Source: Vicinamibacteria bacterium (GTDB taxonomy: Bacteria > Acidobacteriota > Vicinamibacteria > Fen-336). From it: a DNA stretch of 64,000 nucleotides. This document shows positions 26,907 through 38,652 of the stretch, in pieces (the first letter of the stretch is position 1; each line of letters opens with the position of its first letter). Location of the stretch: positions 74,681-138,680 of the forward strand of contig DATMML010000030.1 in assembly GCA_035570235.1 (NCBI GenBank), given 5' to 3'. The notes beneath the pieces were generated by a model. It made no database searches and was not told the DNA's origin. It saw only the letters and a program-made list of their open reading frames with translations. The translations under genes were made by a program, and so were the position numbers.

Positions 26907-28378
26907 CGGCGTCCCTCCCCCGCCCGGTAGCCCTGGCGCGCCCGCACCAAGCGCCCCGCCCCCACTTCCACCCGGATCGTGCGCCACCCGCCGTCAAGGC
27001 TGGTGTTGGTGCCCGAATAGGCGAGCACGTACTGGCCCGAGAGCTCATCGAGGATCCCCGTGAAGACCCCCGGCAGCTCGGCGGGATCGTCGGTATGGAA
27101 GGCGCGTCCGCCCCCTATCCGCGCCAGCCGGCCGAGGATGTTCTTGAGGGTGGGGTCCTTGGTCCCGCGGCCCTGGCCGATCATGTAAAGAGGGGTATCG
27201 CTGCGCTCGACCCGCCGCTCCACGTCCTGGATGGTGGCGCGGCTGGACTCGTCCTCGCCGTCCGTGAAGACCACAAGCGCCTTCTTCCCCTTCCGGGGAT
27301 CGAGAATCTCGTAACCCTTGAGAATGACGTCGTAGAGGGCAGTGCCACCCCAAGCGGCGAGGCGATCCACGGCCCGAACCCGCGCGCCGGGCTCACTCTC
27401 TCGCCGTGCCAGCGTGAAAATGCCGTCGTTGAAGGCGATGAGGGTCACCCGATCCTCGGCCTTGAGTGCGCCCAGGAAGCCCTGCACGGCCCGCCGCACC
27501 CGCGGCATGGCCGGAGCCATGCTGGCGCTCATGTCGACCGCAACCACGATCTCGCGTGACGCGTCCTCGCCCAGGAAGTGGCTGACCGGCTGGGGGACGC
27601 CGTCCTCGAAGACCCGGAAATCATCCGCCTTCAGGCCCCGCAGAAGTCGCCCCTTGGAATCGGTCACGATGGCTGTGACCTGCACCAGATTGACGTCGAC
27701 GGCGAAGGAGAGGTCGATCCCCGCGGTGCGAAGGCTCGCCACCAACCGGGCGCCCGAACGCAGCGTAGCCACCGCCCTCAGATGATGAGGAACAATGCCC
27801 GCCCCCGCGTCCCACGCGCACTCGAAGGGCGACTTCTCGAGCGAGCACGCGATCTCGCCGTCGACGCTCAAGGTGAGCCGCGTGACCTGTGCCCCGAGCT
27901 CCTCCGGCTCGAGCTCGGCTCGGAGCGTGGTGGGCCCGGAGATTGCGGTCTCGGGCAGGGGCGACGTGAACCGCAGGGAAGCGGCGGAGGCGGGAGCGAG
28001 GCCCAGGCCGCCCGCGAGCACCACCGCGAGCGCCGCGCCGGAGAGCCTCAGAATCGGGCTCCGCCGGGGTCTTGCACGGGTACGAGCGGCCCCGCCACGG
28101 CCAGGGATGCGATGGCATCCTCGATCCGCTCCCGGGACAGCGTGGCCGCGAACCGCTCGAGGGTCGCCCCGTCCTCGCGATCCACGGGCTCCGCCCCGTC
28201 GATCACATCCTGGACGATCCGCCCCACCACCGCGGGGGCGAGCGACGCCGGAAGCCCCAGTTCGGCGAGGGCGTCGAGAGCTCTTAGCGCCGGGTCCATG
28301 AGCCGCGCCGCCGGGAGGCCGTCCTCTCCGGTGCCCGTGAGGTCGCTCCAAGGGCGCGGTGGGGGCGCCTGCAGGCAC
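26903..28378 (-). CDS. Secreted VWA-domain protein (TIGR03436-like / BatA-like). The true start is probably near 28090 (non-ATG).
   Basis: Signal peptide RRSPILRLSGAALAVVLAGGLGLAPASAAS. VNLVQVTAIVTDSKGRLLRGLKADDFRVFEDG module. MIDAS DxSxS (VAVDMSASM). TDGED motif. Confidence 0.7.
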   Translation of the reverse strand: MPAGAPTAPLERPHGHRRGRPPGGAAHGPGAKSSRRPRRTGASGVARPRGGGADRPGCDRRGGARGSRGRGDPRAVRGHAVPGADRGCHRIPGRGGAARTRARPRRSPILRLSGAALAVVLAGGLGLAPASAASLRFTSPLPETAISGPTTLRAELEPEELGAQVTRLTLSVDGEIACSLEKSPFECAWDAGAGIVPHHLRAVATLRSGARLVASLRTAGIDLSFAVDVNLVQVTAIVTDSKGRLLRGLKADDFRVFEDGVPQPVSHFLGEDASREIVVAVDMSASMAPAMPRVRRAVQGFLGALKAEDRVTLIAFNDGIFTLARRESEPGARVRAVDRLAAWGGTALYDVILKGYEILDPRKGKKALVVFTDGEDESSRATIQDVERRVERSDTPLYMIGQGRGTKDPTLKNILGRLARIGGGRAFHTDDPAELPGVFTGILDELSGQYVLAYSGTNTSLDGGWRTIRVEVGAGRLVRARQGYRAGEGRR

Positions 28379-30759
28379 AGAGGCCCGCCCCGGGGCAGGG
28401 CCAAGGCACCCCAGGCGTCGCAGGCCGGGGGGGCGGGGCGGTCACCTAGAGAGGCGAGCTCGGCCAGCGAAAAGAGACGCTCCGCCTGAACTCCGTCGTC
28501 CAGCCCCCGCGCGCACCGCGCCGCGCGGCCCTCCCCCTCCGCGACCAGCAACTCGAGAATCGTGTCCCCCCGCTCGTGGTTGTGGCACACCCGCGCGATC
28601 CGCGCGCGGCCTCGAAGGAGCGCCCCCGCTACAGCATCGCGATCCGCATCCCGGAGGGCGAACGGGCTCATCAGGGCCGCGCCGAGGGCGAGCATGCGCG
28701 CGGTCCCCGGGTCGACCACGGGCGCACGCTCGGGCAGCTCGCGGCGGAGGTGCTTCAGGGCCGACAGGGCCAGCCCCGCATCAAGGCCCAGGAGCGACCC
28801 GCGCAGCCGCCAGGGTCTTCCCGCCCCCCAGATCGCATCCGGAAGAGCCCAGGCCGAGCGAGCGCGGGCCTCGCGACTAGAGGCGGCCGAGAAGAACTCG
28901 TGGCGATCCGCTAGAGTCGCCAGCTCCGGAGCCGCCGCGTGGGCGGCGTAAACGAGGGCGATCAGGGTGGCTCCGAGCAGCATATCGGGGTCGCGGGCCG
29001 GGCCCGCCCCTCCTGGCTCTCGCGTCGCGCTGCCACGTGCACTGACGGGAGCCTCCAGGCGGGGCCGTTCGGGGGACGCGGGCCGCCCGGCGCCCGCGCC
29101 CGGCGCACGCTCCGCCCCCTCCCCGCCCTCCGTCGTTGCCCGCGCGGCTCGCTCGAATGCGAGCACCTCATCAAGAGCCGGGCCCTGTTGCTGCCGCCGA
29201 GCGGCCTCGAAACGGAGCTTCTCGGCCAGGGAGGGGTCCACGCGGTAGAGCAGCCCCTCCCAACGCACGAGCGGGGCCGCCGGAGCCTCGCCGGTCATGC
29301 CCGACACCGCCCGAGCCACGACCTGCTCGGCCGCCTCCGGCGGACCGCCCACCGCGGCGCTCAGAGAGGGAAGCAACTGCCGCTCGATCCAGAGGGCGAT
29401 AGCTCCGTGGTAGGCGCCGTCCTTGCCGAGCGGCACGCCGAGCAGGGAGACCGCCAGGCCGACCGCGGTCTCCGCGCGGAGGGCGCGCGACCAACGGGCG
29501 CGGGCCACCAGGGCGAGCGCGCCTTGCAGCTGGGCGAGGCCCGTCGCGGCCGTCGCCGTGTCCCCGAGCTCCGACAGCTGGTCGGCGGACCGGGCGCCAG
29601 CCGCGTACGCTGCCTCCGGCGCGGGTCCCAGTTGCTCAAGCGTGAGCGCGAGAGAAGGCGCGGTGGCGAACAGGCGCAGCGCGGAGAGCGCTCGCCCCGG
29701 CTCAAGGCCCGGGTGAGCCTCCAGAAAGCGCTGCGCAAAGAGAAGGCGTTGCAGCCGCTCGCGGGCGACGGGAGCGGCTGCGAGCCCGACCCGCTCCACG
29801 AGCCAGGCGGCGTCCGTGGGCTGGCCGTCTTCTCGGCCTGCCGTCTCCCGGCCGGAAAAGACCGCGTCCCAGAACCCTCGCGAGTCCGGGCCCGCCAATT
29901 CTCCCTTCGGCGTCACGCCCACGTTCAAGAGGACGAATGCGGGATCGGCCAGATGCCGTGGACGTCCGGTCAGCCACCAGGCCCGCGCCTTCGCGAAGGC
30001 GCCGCACAGCGAAGCCAAGCGCTGCGCGCGCGGGCTCGGATCGGCCGTCGAGGTGCCGAGGAGGAAAGCGCGGTGTGGCGGATCGGCGCGGGCGACGGTG
30101 TCGAACAACCACGCCCGACGGCCGTTGTCGGCGGAGAAGAGGGCGCGCAGGAGGGGCCCGGGCGGGCTGACCTCGCGCGGCAGGCCCCACAGCGGCGCGC
30201 TCTCGGGTCCCCCCGGCAGCTGAACGACCCCGCCGCGGACATGAAGGCAGGAGGCAAATGCAGCGAACGCGGCGGCGTGTCGCTCGTAAAGGCGGCTGAC
30301 TGTCCCTGGATCCTGGGCGAGCGCGGCCAGCGTCTCATCATCCAGCGCGAGCAGCCCCCGCGCCAGCAGGGAGGCGCGGCGGTCGGCGAGGAGGGCACGC
30401 AGCCGGTCATGGTCCGAGAGTGCGCGCGGAAAAAAGACGCGATCCCAGAACTCGCGGGCCAGCGGCAGCTCCAGCCTCTCGACTCCCTCGGATTCCGGAA
30501 GGCTGCCCTCGAGGTGGGCCAGCACGCGGGGCAACACGGGGGGGCTCGGCCCGTTGAGCGGATGCAGCCGGCGCACCAGGGCGGGAAGGGCACGCCAGTG
30601 CTCGGTCCCGGGATCCAGTCCCGCGGCCTCCAGGAGGCCACGGAGACCCCCCGGAACCGCGAGATCATGACCACGCTCCGGCGCCGCGCCCGCGAAGGCT
30701 GTCAGCAGCGACAACCCGAGGAGCGACGAGAGGCGGCTTGCCAACGAGCCCGTTTGCAT
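28048..30759 (-). CDS. Large (903 aa) secreted Ala/Leu/Arg-rich protein with no recognisable domain
   Basis: Signal peptide MQTGSLASRLSSLLGLSLLTAFAGAAPERG. Helical-solenoid-like composition. Its 3' end overlaps the start region of the downstream VWA gene, consistent with an operon. The antisense ORF 28939-30780 was rejected as Arg-rich junk. Confidence 0.55.
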   Translation of the reverse strand: MQTGSLASRLSSLLGLSLLTAFAGAAPERGHDLAVPGGLRGLLEAAGLDPGTEHWRALPALVRRLHPLNGPSPPVLPRVLAHLEGSLPESEGVERLELPLAREFWDRVFFPRALSDHDRLRALLADRRASLLARGLLALDDETLAALAQDPGTVSRLYERHAAAFAAFASCLHVRGGVVQLPGGPESAPLWGLPREVSPPGPLLRALFSADNGRRAWLFDTVARADPPHRAFLLGTSTADPSPRAQRLASLCGAFAKARAWWLTGRPRHLADPAFVLLNVGVTPKGELAGPDSRGFWDAVFSGRETAGREDGQPTDAAWLVERVGLAAAPVARERLQRLLFAQRFLEAHPGLEPGRALSALRLFATAPSLALTLEQLGPAPEAAYAAGARSADQLSELGDTATAATGLAQLQGALALVARARWSRALRAETAVGLAVSLLGVPLGKDGAYHGAIALWIERQLLPSLSAAVGGPPEAAEQVVARAVSGMTGEAPAAPLVRWEGLLYRVDPSLAEKLRFEAARRQQQGPALDEVLAFERAARATTEGGEGAERAPGAGAGRPASPERPRLEAPVSARGSATREPGGAGPARDPDMLLGATLIALVYAAHAAAPELATLADRHEFFSAASSREARARSAWALPDAIWGAGRPWRLRGSLLGLDAGLALSALKHLRRELPERAPVVDPGTARMLALGAALMSPFALRDADRDAVAGALLRGRARIARVCHNHERGDTILELLVAEGEGRAARCARGLDDGVQAERLFSLAELASLGDRPAPPACDAWGALALPRGGPLCLQAPPPRPWSDLTGTGEDGLPAARLMDPALRALDALAELGLPASLAPAVVGRIVQDVIDGAEPVDREDGATLERFAATLSRERIEDAIASLAVAGPLVPVQDPGGARF

Positions 30760-31173
30760 GGGTCGAACGCCGCAGTATAGCTCCCGACGCGGGCCGACCC
30801 CGCCCCAAGCGGCCAGCCGGATGGCCTATCCAAGCAATTGAACCCAGGCTCTAAGGCGGGTTGTCCCCTTTTACCGCTGGACCGCCCCGAGGATCAGGCT
30901 GTTTAGCCCTGAGGCCGGCAGCCGCCGGAAGGGTGCTCGCGAACTTGCGACCGCGGCAGCTCCGGTCGCGCACCCGCCCGCGCCTCTAGGGGGTGTCGGC
31001 GGAGAGCCGGCGGGCTCCCCCTTGGACCTTTGCCAACGCGACGGTGGGGAGGGTATCGTTGAGCGATGGGTCTCTCTCTGGCCAGGCCCGACCCATTCTT
31101 CACCAAGGAGGGCCCCCCGCGTGCGAGCGCCGAGCCCCGACGCCCTCGGTGCTGACTCGAACGGGGGCAGGGC

Positions 31174-31569
31174 ATGCTCAAGACCAAGTCGGTATCGAGC
31201 CCAATCCACGGAAGGGGCGACGGCCTGCGAATACTCGCGACCCGATTTCGCGGCCGGGGCATGCCCAAGAGCCGCTACCACGTGTGGATGGCCTCTCTGG
31301 GGCCCAGCGAGCGCCTCTTGAAGGCCGTCCAGCAGGGCCGGATGTCGTGGGCCCGGTTCGGTCGGGAATACCGGGCCGAGCTCTTCACGGGAGGCGGCAT
31401 AGACGCCCGCAATCAGACCATCAAGAACCACGGTCAGAAATTCACGCTTCGTCTGATAGGGGCGCTGGCACGGACCGGTCCGGTGACCCTCCTCTGCCAT
31501 TGCGCGGAAGACCAACCACGATGTCACCGGCACATTCTGCGCCGCCTCATCTTGACCAATCGGCTCTGA
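31174..31569 (+). CDS. DUF488 (YeaO-like) family protein
   Basis: …DGLRILATRFRGRGMPKSRYHVWMASLGPSERLLKAV…PVTLLCHCAEDQPRCHRHILRRLI, matching the DUF488 pattern (RvLVDRlWPRG…APS…LLyaakd..hnHA.VL). Confidence 0.65.
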   Translation: MLKTKSVSSPIHGRGDGLRILATRFRGRGMPKSRYHVWMASLGPSERLLKAVQQGRMSWARFGREYRAELFTGGGIDARNQTIKNHGQKFTLRLIGALARTGPVTLLCHCAEDQPRCHRHILRRLILTNRL

Positions 31570-31655
31570 ACGCGAGCCCTCCCAAACCCTCGGGCGCGGC
31601 GGGAGGAGTCCCGGCCCGTGCGACTCCGAGGCGGCCTCGGCAAGACCCCTCTCTG

Positions 31656-31985
31656 ATGAATGATTACACCCACTTCCACCAGAATCGGCTCAACCTGGCC
31701 ATCCACGCACTCATGGTCCCCGTCTTCGTGGCGTCGGCCTTCGCCCTGGCCGGGAACCTCCTCACGGGACGGTGGCGGGGGGCGCTGGCACTGGCCGCCG
31801 GCCCCATCTTGTCGCTCGCCCTACAGGGCTTCGGCCATCGCAGGGAGGTCCATCCGCCCCTCCCCTTCGCCGGCCCCGGGGACTTCCTGGGGCGCATCTT
31901 TACGGAGCAGTTCTTCAGGTTCCCCGCCTTCGTGCTGAGCGGGGAGTGGAAGCGGGCCTGGCGGCGGGCGGGGCGGACGCATTGA
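31656..31985 (+). CDS. DUF962 (Mpo1/YGL010w-like) small membrane protein
   Basis: MNDYTHFHQNRLNLAIHALMVPVFVASAFALAGNLL… The track ORF 30993-31985 was trimmed to this start. Confidence 0.55.
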   Translation: MNDYTHFHQNRLNLAIHALMVPVFVASAFALAGNLLTGRWRGALALAAGPILSLALQGFGHRREVHPPLPFAGPGDFLGRIFTEQFFRFPAFVLSGEWKRAWRRAGRTH

Positions 31986-33211
31986 CCTTCACCCACGACG
32001 CGGCCATTGCCCTGCGGATCGCGTGGGCGGCGCTATCCCGCAACACCCTCCGCGCCACCCTGACCGCCGTCGGGATAACGATTGGGACGAGCGCCGTGAT
32101 CTCCACCGTCGCCATCGGGGAAGGCGGAGCGGCCCAGATCCACGAGCAGCTCCTCTCGCTCGGGGACAACTTGATCTGGGTCGAAGCGGGAGGACGCAAC
32201 GTGAACGGCATCCGCACCGGGACGGGCACCACCCCCACCCTGGTGCTGTCCGACATGCAGGCCATCCTGGACTCCGTCCCCGCCCTCAAGACCTGCTCGC
32301 CCCAAGTCGACGCGAGCATCCAAGTCATCCACGGAAACCAGAACTGGCGCACGACCTACCGCGGTGTCTCCCCCGAGTACCTGAGCATCCGCCGCTGGAC
32401 GGTGGTGAGCGGGGACGTCTTCTCGCCGCAACAGGTCGACACCGCGGCTACCGTGTGCTTGGTGGGACACAGCGTGGCCACGCGGCTCTTCGGCGAGGAG
32501 GAGCCGGTGGGCCAGACCATCCGCGTCCGGGACCTGCCCTTCCGGGTGATCGGCAGCCTGGCCCCCAAGGGGCAGTCCGCCCAGGGGACTGATCAAGACG
32601 ACTTCATCCTGGTGCCCTTCACGACCTCCATGCGAAAGCTGAAGGGGGTCACCTGGCTCGACGACATCATGTGCTCGGCGGTGGCGCCCGACCTGAACCC
32701 GACGATCGAGGGCGAGCTCATTCGGCTCCTGCGCGACCGTCACCACATCGTCCCCGGCCAACAAGACGACTTCAACATCCGCCAGCCCCAAGAACTCATC
32801 AAGGCCCAGGAAGACATGGCACGGACCCTGACCGGGCTCCTGGCGGGGGTGGCCACGATCTCGCTCGTGGTGGGAGGGGTGGGGATCATGAACATCATGC
32901 TCGTCTCCGTGACGGAGCGGACGCGCGAGATCGGGCTCCGGATGGCGGTGGGGGCGAGGGAGACCTCCGTCCGCCTGCAGTTCCTGGCCGAGGCCGTGCT
33001 TTTGTGCCTGGTGGGCAGCGCGCTGGGCGTCCTGACCGGCATCTTGGCCTCGCGTGGGATTGCCGAGGCGATGCAGTGGCCGATGCTGGTCTCCCCGTTG
33101 GCCGTGGGCATCGCCGCCGCCTCCGCGATCGCGACCGGGCTGGTCTTTGGCTACTACCCCGCGCGGAAGGCCTCGCGCCAGGACCCCATCCAGGCGCTGC
33201 GCCATGAGTGA
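31982..33211 (+). CDS. ABC transporter permease, FtsX/MacB-like; no adjacent ATPase gene
   Basis: Probable TTG start overlapping the DUF962 stop (aTTGAcc). N-terminal TM (LTAVGITIGTSAVISTVAIG), periplasmic domain, and C-terminal FtsX 4-TM bundle (ISLVVGGVGIMNIMLVSVTERTREIGLRMAVGA). Confidence 0.75.
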   Translation: MTFTHDAAIALRIAWAALSRNTLRATLTAVGITIGTSAVISTVAIGEGGAAQIHEQLLSLGDNLIWVEAGGRNVNGIRTGTGTTPTLVLSDMQAILDSVPALKTCSPQVDASIQVIHGNQNWRTTYRGVSPEYLSIRRWTVVSGDVFSPQQVDTAATVCLVGHSVATRLFGEEEPVGQTIRVRDLPFRVIGSLAPKGQSAQGTDQDDFILVPFTTSMRKLKGVTWLDDIMCSAVAPDLNPTIEGELIRLLRDRHHIVPGQQDDFNIRQPQELIKAQEDMARTLTGLLAGVATISLVVGGVGIMNIMLVSVTERTREIGLRMAVGARETSVRLQFLAEAVLLCLVGSALGVLTGILASRGIAEAMQWPMLVSPLAVGIAAASAIATGLVFGYYPARKASRQDPIQALRHE

Positions 33212-33475
33212 GCGGGGCCGGGTGGATCCAGGCGCCCTCACCCCCTGAGGTCGCTCCTCCCGGGCTCCTCCCGGCTCGACCCGGAGGCCGTGGCCGATGT
33301 ACCCTGAGCCACCCAGGTCCCCTGCCGCCTGGGGTTCGTGAGGGCTCCAGAGAAGGATAGCGAGGCGACGGTTGCAGAAGCGGGTGGGCGATCTCTCGGT
33401 CCCATTCCTCACCAACCGAGGGCCGCGCGCCCGACGCGGCGCCTGGCCCCCCGTCGCGGGCTGAGGGAGCGAGCC

Positions 33476-34585
33476 ATGCCTGGGGAGACGATCCTGGTCG
33501 TGGACGACGAGACCGCGGTTCGCGAGCTCTTGGACGAGATCCTGAGCCAGGCCGGCTTTCGCGTGGTCACGGCCGGCGACGGCCGGGAGGCACTGACCGT
33601 CTTCGCGCAGGTGAGACCCCAGCTCGTGATCTCCGACGTCGGAATGCCCGGGATGGACGGCTATCAGCTGTATGAGCACGTCCGGAGCCGGCCGGAATGG
33701 GTCCTGGTCCCCTTCGTCTTCCTCACCGGCCTGGGCGATGCAGAGGACGTCCGCCGCGGCAAGGGCCTGGGCGCGGACGACTACCTGGTCAAGCCCTTTC
33801 GGGAAGACGACCTCCTGCTCGCGGTGCGCGCCCGACTCGCGCGTCACGCCCAGTTGGAGACGGCCCGTGAAGCCCAGGTCGAGGAGCTGAAGCAGACGAT
33901 CCTCCGCACGCTCAACCACGAGCTGCGCACCCCCCTGACCTACCTCTCCGGATACGCCGAGATCCTGCGCGAGTCGGGGGCGGAAATGGGGGTGGTGGGG
34001 CCCCTCAAGCAGGCCATCGACGGCATTCTGGCGGGGAGCGACCGCCTGAGCCGTCTCGTGGAGGACCTCCTCACCCTCGTGGAAGTGGACTCCGCAGGGG
34101 CTCAGCAGGCGCACGAACGCCGGCGCCGCCCGCTTGCCGACCTGCCCAACCTTTTGAAGTCGGTGCTCCAGAGGGAGAGGGTGAGCGCGGAGGTTCGCCA
34201 CATACAGCTCCTGGCCGACGTGCCCTCGGAGCTGCCTCCCATCGTCGGCGATTCCGAGTCCTTGGGGGGTGCGGTCCGGCGTCTCCTGGACAACGCGATC
34301 AAATTCTCGAAGGAGGGCGGTGAGGTCACGCTGAGGGCGCGGGCCGCGGATGGCCGTCTCCGCATCGAGGTTCGCGACCATGGGGTCGGCATGCCGGCTT
34401 CGGAGCTGGGGCGGATTTCCGACCTCTTCTACCAGTTCGACCGCCACACCCAGGAGCAGCAAGGTTCCGGCCTGGGCCTCACCATCGTGCGCGGCATCGT
34501 CGCCCTCCACGGGGGGACCCTCGGCTTCGAAAGCCAGGTCGGCGTCGGATTCACGGCCACCATCGAGCTACCCACCTCCGCCTGA
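33476..34585 (+). CDS. Hybrid response-regulator receiver / histidine kinase (REC-HisKA-HATPase_c)
   Basis: ILVVDDETAVRELL…VISDVGMPGMDGYQL (REC, phospho-Asp context). H-box LNHELRTPLTYL. ATP lid DNAIKFS…VRDHGVGMP…GSGLGLTIV. Confidence 0.8.
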   Translation: MPGETILVVDDETAVRELLDEILSQAGFRVVTAGDGREALTVFAQVRPQLVISDVGMPGMDGYQLYEHVRSRPEWVLVPFVFLTGLGDAEDVRRGKGLGADDYLVKPFREDDLLLAVRARLARHAQLETAREAQVEELKQTILRTLNHELRTPLTYLSGYAEILRESGAEMGVVGPLKQAIDGILAGSDRLSRLVEDLLTLVEVDSAGAQQAHERRRRPLADLPNLLKSVLQRERVSAEVRHIQLLADVPSELPPIVGDSESLGGAVRRLLDNAIKFSKEGGEVTLRARAADGRLRIEVRDHGVGMPASELGRISDLFYQFDRHTQEQQGSGLGLTIVRGIVALHGGTLGFESQVGVGFTATIELPTSA

Positions 34586-34591
34586 GCTGTC

Positions 34592-35947
34592 ATGGCTCGG
34601 CTCCTGGTGCTGTCGCCCCTCCTGGCTTTCGTTCTGGCTTACGCGCCCGACATGGGACGCGGGTTCATCAAGGACGACTTTCGCTGGATTGCTGAGAGCC
34701 GGGCCGAGGGGGTGGCGGAGGCGCTGGCCCTCTTTGGCCGGGACAACGGCTTTTATCGGCCCCTGGTGGGCTTGAGCTTTGCCGCCGACCACGCCCTCTT
34801 CGGCGTTCGTCCCTTCCCTTACGCGCTCACAAATCTCCTCGTGATCCTGGCCGCGGCGGCGGTGCTTTACGCCCTCGCCCGAGCGCTCGGGCTCTCCCCC
34901 GGGGCCGCCGCCCTCGCGGCCGGCGCCTTTCTCCTGAACCCCCACGGTATCAAGGACGCCATCCTCTGGATCAGCGGGCGCACGTCGGGCCTCTTGACTC
35001 TGCTCAGCCTGCTCGCGGCCTTCGCCTTTGTCCGGGGGCGGGTCTTTTGGGCCGCGGGAGGGGTGCTGCTCGCCCTCTTCTGCAAAGAAGAGGCGGTGCT
35101 CCTGCCCGCCATCCTGGCCGCGGGGGCGCTCATCCGTGCCCCTGGGGGCCCCTCCACCCGCCTCCGCGGCGCCCTCCTCTCCTCCTGGCCGCTCTTTCTG
35201 CCCCTGCCCCTCTATTTCGCGCTCCGCTCCATGACAAGCGCCTTTCTGCCCGCCACCGCCCCCCCGCACTACCGTCTCTCCCTGGATCCCGGGCTCATCG
35301 CCCGCAACGTCTTCGAGTACACGGACCGAGCCTGCACCATCCCGCTCGTGGCCGTCGCCCTCATCGCTCTCGCGGCACGCTCCCGGCCGAGGGTCGACGC
35401 GGGGGAGCGCGGGGTCCTCCTTTGGAGCCTGCTCTGGATCGCGGGGGGGTACGGCCTGACCCTATGGCTGCCGGTTCGGTCCAGCCTGTACGCTGTCCTT
35501 CCCTCGGCGGGGGCGGCCCTGGCGGGGGCGGCCCTCGCCCAAGCCCTCTGGAGGGAGGCGGCTCCGGGCCCGAGGACAAAGCTCCTGGTGGCGGCCGCGC
35601 TGGTCCCGCTGCTGATGGTACCCCTCTTCCGGGACCGCAACCGCCGCGCCGTGAGCGAGGCGGAGCTGAGCACGGCCGCCCTCGACGACCTCGCCCGCGC
35701 CTTCGCCGATCACCACCCCAAGGCGACTTTCGTGCTGGAGGACGACCCCCAGGCGCAGCCGAACCTGGAGCGCTCCTTCGGGACCCTTCTCGAATCTGCA
35801 GTCTTCCTCAGAACGGGCCGGGTCCGTTTGGTGCGCTACTTTCCCGCCGGCACCACGTGGACAGTGGCCGAGATCGCCCCCTATCGGGCCACGGGCGAAA
35901 GGGCGGTGCTCGCCCTGAGGGGCGGTCGGCTGCGGGAGGCGGAGTGA
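34592..35947 (+). CDS. GT-C-fold membrane glycosyltransferase (ArnT/PMT_2-like, putative)
   Basis: N-terminal TM, then a loop with acidic DDF, then GFYRPLVGLSFAADHALFG…YALTNLLVILAAAAVLYALARAL, resembling the first periplasmic loop/TM2 of ArnT/PMT proteins. Starts 6 nt after the kinase stop. Confidence 0.5.
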   Translation: MARLLVLSPLLAFVLAYAPDMGRGFIKDDFRWIAESRAEGVAEALALFGRDNGFYRPLVGLSFAADHALFGVRPFPYALTNLLVILAAAAVLYALARALGLSPGAAALAAGAFLLNPHGIKDAILWISGRTSGLLTLLSLLAAFAFVRGRVFWAAGGVLLALFCKEEAVLLPAILAAGALIRAPGGPSTRLRGALLSSWPLFLPLPLYFALRSMTSAFLPATAPPHYRLSLDPGLIARNVFEYTDRACTIPLVAVALIALAARSRPRVDAGERGVLLWSLLWIAGGYGLTLWLPVRSSLYAVLPSAGAALAGAALAQALWREAAPGPRTKLLVAAALVPLLMVPLFRDRNRRAVSEAELSTAALDDLARAFADHHPKATFVLEDDPQAQPNLERSFGTLLESAVFLRTGRVRLVRYFPAGTTWTVAEIAPYRATGERAVLALRGGRLREAE

Positions 35948-35950
35948 CGC

Positions 35951-38650
<2,700 letters not shown>

Positions 38651-38652
38651 CT

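Noticed and set aside
30871-31985. ORFs 30871-31533 (-) and 30993-31985 (+, 330 aa)
   Set aside because: These are overlapping frames across the DUF488 gene. Only the 3' part of the plus ORF (DUF962, from ATG 31656) has protein-like sequence. The minus ORF is antisense to DUF488.
32033-34510. 825-aa minus-strand ORF spanning the FtsX permease and hybrid kinase genes
   Set aside because: It is antisense to two genes with unambiguous motifs (FtsX C-terminal bundle, REC/H-box/ATP lid). It is Arg/Gly/His-rich junk and crosses a gene boundary.
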